Assembly: GCA_021613535.1 (NCBI GenBank)
Contig: CP075493.1
Coordinates: 13,020,001-13,084,000 of the forward strand
DNA: 64,000 nucleotides
Source of the DNA: Adineta vaga
Taxonomy: Eukaryota; Animalia; Rotifera
Direction: 5' to 3'
Shown: piece by piece, positions 62,990 to 64,000 of the stretch
Position numbering within the stretch: position 1 is the stretch's first letter
Layout: each line of letters begins with the position of its first letter
Notes under the pieces: model-generated
What the model saw: the letters and a program-made list of their open reading frames with translations, nothing else
Databases searched by the model: none
Told to the model about the DNA's origin: nothing
Translations under genes and position numbers: made by a program

Positions 62990-64000
62990 TTATTTTGAAA
63001 TCAGTTCAAATTTTTGAATTCGATGATTCCAATAATCCGCTACATACAAATTTCCTTTAAGATCAAATGATAGACCAGTCGGATGTGACAATTGGTTGGA
63101 TTCAATTCCTTTTCCATTTCCACCAACAATTATTGAACCTTCTTCTTCTCCTTCAATCCATCGCATTACTCGATCATTTCCGCTGTCAGCCACATAGATT
63201 TGACCAGAATGATCAACAATGACACCTTGCGGATTAGACAATTGTCTAAGACTATTACCTCTCCCATTTCCTCCAGCTACAATAATGCCTACTTTTGCAT
63301 TTCTAATCCATTTCATAACGCGATGATTTCCCCAATCTGAAATATAGATTGAACTCTCTCCGTCGACAAAGATAAACGTAGGACCATTGAGTTGATTACG
63401 ACGATTTCCTCTTCCATTTCCTCCGGCAACCACTGTTGAATATGGTTCTCCTTCTTTCCATTTTCTCACTTCATTCTTTTCTTCATCAACAATATAAAGA
63501 AATCCATGTTCATCGATTGTCAAACCCCAACAGTGAATATTTGGTATGAGAATTTTTTCAAATGCTTTCTTTTCTAAGGACCATCGAACTAGTCGATTAT
63601 TCCAGAGATCAGCAATGATAAGTGACTTATTTTGTCTGTCAATAATTAGATTAGTCGGTTGATTTAACTGATCATTACGATGTCCTTTTCGATTTCCACC
63701 AGCAATTATATGACCTCTCTTTTTATTCTGTCTCCATTGAATAATACGATGGTTCGATGTATCAACGATATAAACGGTTTTATCATTATCAACAAAAATT
63801 CCTCGAGGTCGAAATAGTTGAGTCAATTGTTCGCCTTGTCCATGACCTCCAGCAACAGTTATTCCATGAGATTTCCATCTAATTTGTTCTGAAAACAAGA
63901 CAAATTTCATGAAAATAAAAAGATTATACAAACAAATACTTATTTGTTTGATAGCATGATTATCCGATTTTGCAGGTGGTTCATTTTGTTTTTCCAATTT
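62990..64000 (-). CDS. NHL beta-propeller protein, 5' part outside the window
   Basis: Final exon 63888-62990 with NHL repeats. A 51-nt in-frame GT-AG intron (63939-63889) explains the hydrophobic 'SICLYNLFIFMKFVLFS' in the ORF track. The upstream exon is open to the window edge. Confidence 0.88.
   Translation of the reverse strand, partial: KLEKQNEPPAKSDNHAIKQISICLYNLFIFMKFVLFSEQIRWKSHGITVAGGHGQGEQLTQLFRPRGIFVDNDKTVYIVDTSNHRIIQWRQNKKRGHIIAGGNRKGHRNDQLNQPTNLIIDRQNKSLIIADLWNNRLVRWSLEKKAFEKILIPNIHCWGLTIDEHGFLYIVDEEKNEVRKWKEGEPYSTVVAGGNGRGNRRNQLNGPTFIFVDGESSIYISDWGNHRVMKWIRNAKVGIIVAGGNGRGNSLRQLSNPQGVIVDHSGQIYVADSGNDRVMRWIEGEEEGSIIVGGNGKGIESNQLSHPTGLSFDLKGNLYVADYWNHRIQKFELISK

Noticed and set aside
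1-64000. Bacterial contig or contamination, given the microbial-type enzymes
   Set aside because: The tautomerase and PhyH genes contain spliceosomal introns and are interleaved with intron-rich animal genes (ABCA, SLC5, GPCRs).

Overview
This is an AT-rich eukaryotic (animal) genomic window with many short (about 50-70 bp) GT-AG introns. Its gene families are large LDLa/EGF-7TM receptors, NHL beta-propellers, ADP-ribosyltransferase-TPR proteins, short orphan GPCRs and fungal/bacterial-type enzymes that carry introns. That set strongly suggests a bdelloid rotifer (inference, not verified). Intact or near-intact genes: two intronless ~1,530-aa LDLa-EGF-GPCRs, three short GPCRs (two a tandem duplicate), four NHL genes, a ~1,400-aa receiver-like/ART/TPR gene split by one frameshift, a zeta-crystallin-type quinone oxidoreductase, a vWA protein, a cis-CaaD-like tautomerase, a PhyH dioxygenase, an ABCA transporter (one apparent frameshift), an SLC5 cotransporter, an 8-Cys prepropeptide and several orphans. 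Many decayed gene fragments lie between them. I found no rRNA, tRNA, CRISPR array or recognisable transposon ORF. The best candidate for an undescribed system is a modular sensor-effector set. Signal-peptide-less R-S-E type mono-ADP-ribosyltransferases are fused to either a long TPR array or an NHL propeller (divergent pair at 50.3-58.7 kb). The NHL domain is one exon, entered through a phase-1 intron in all four genes, and it is also attached to type II membrane anchors. All calls come from manual reading; no database searches were run.
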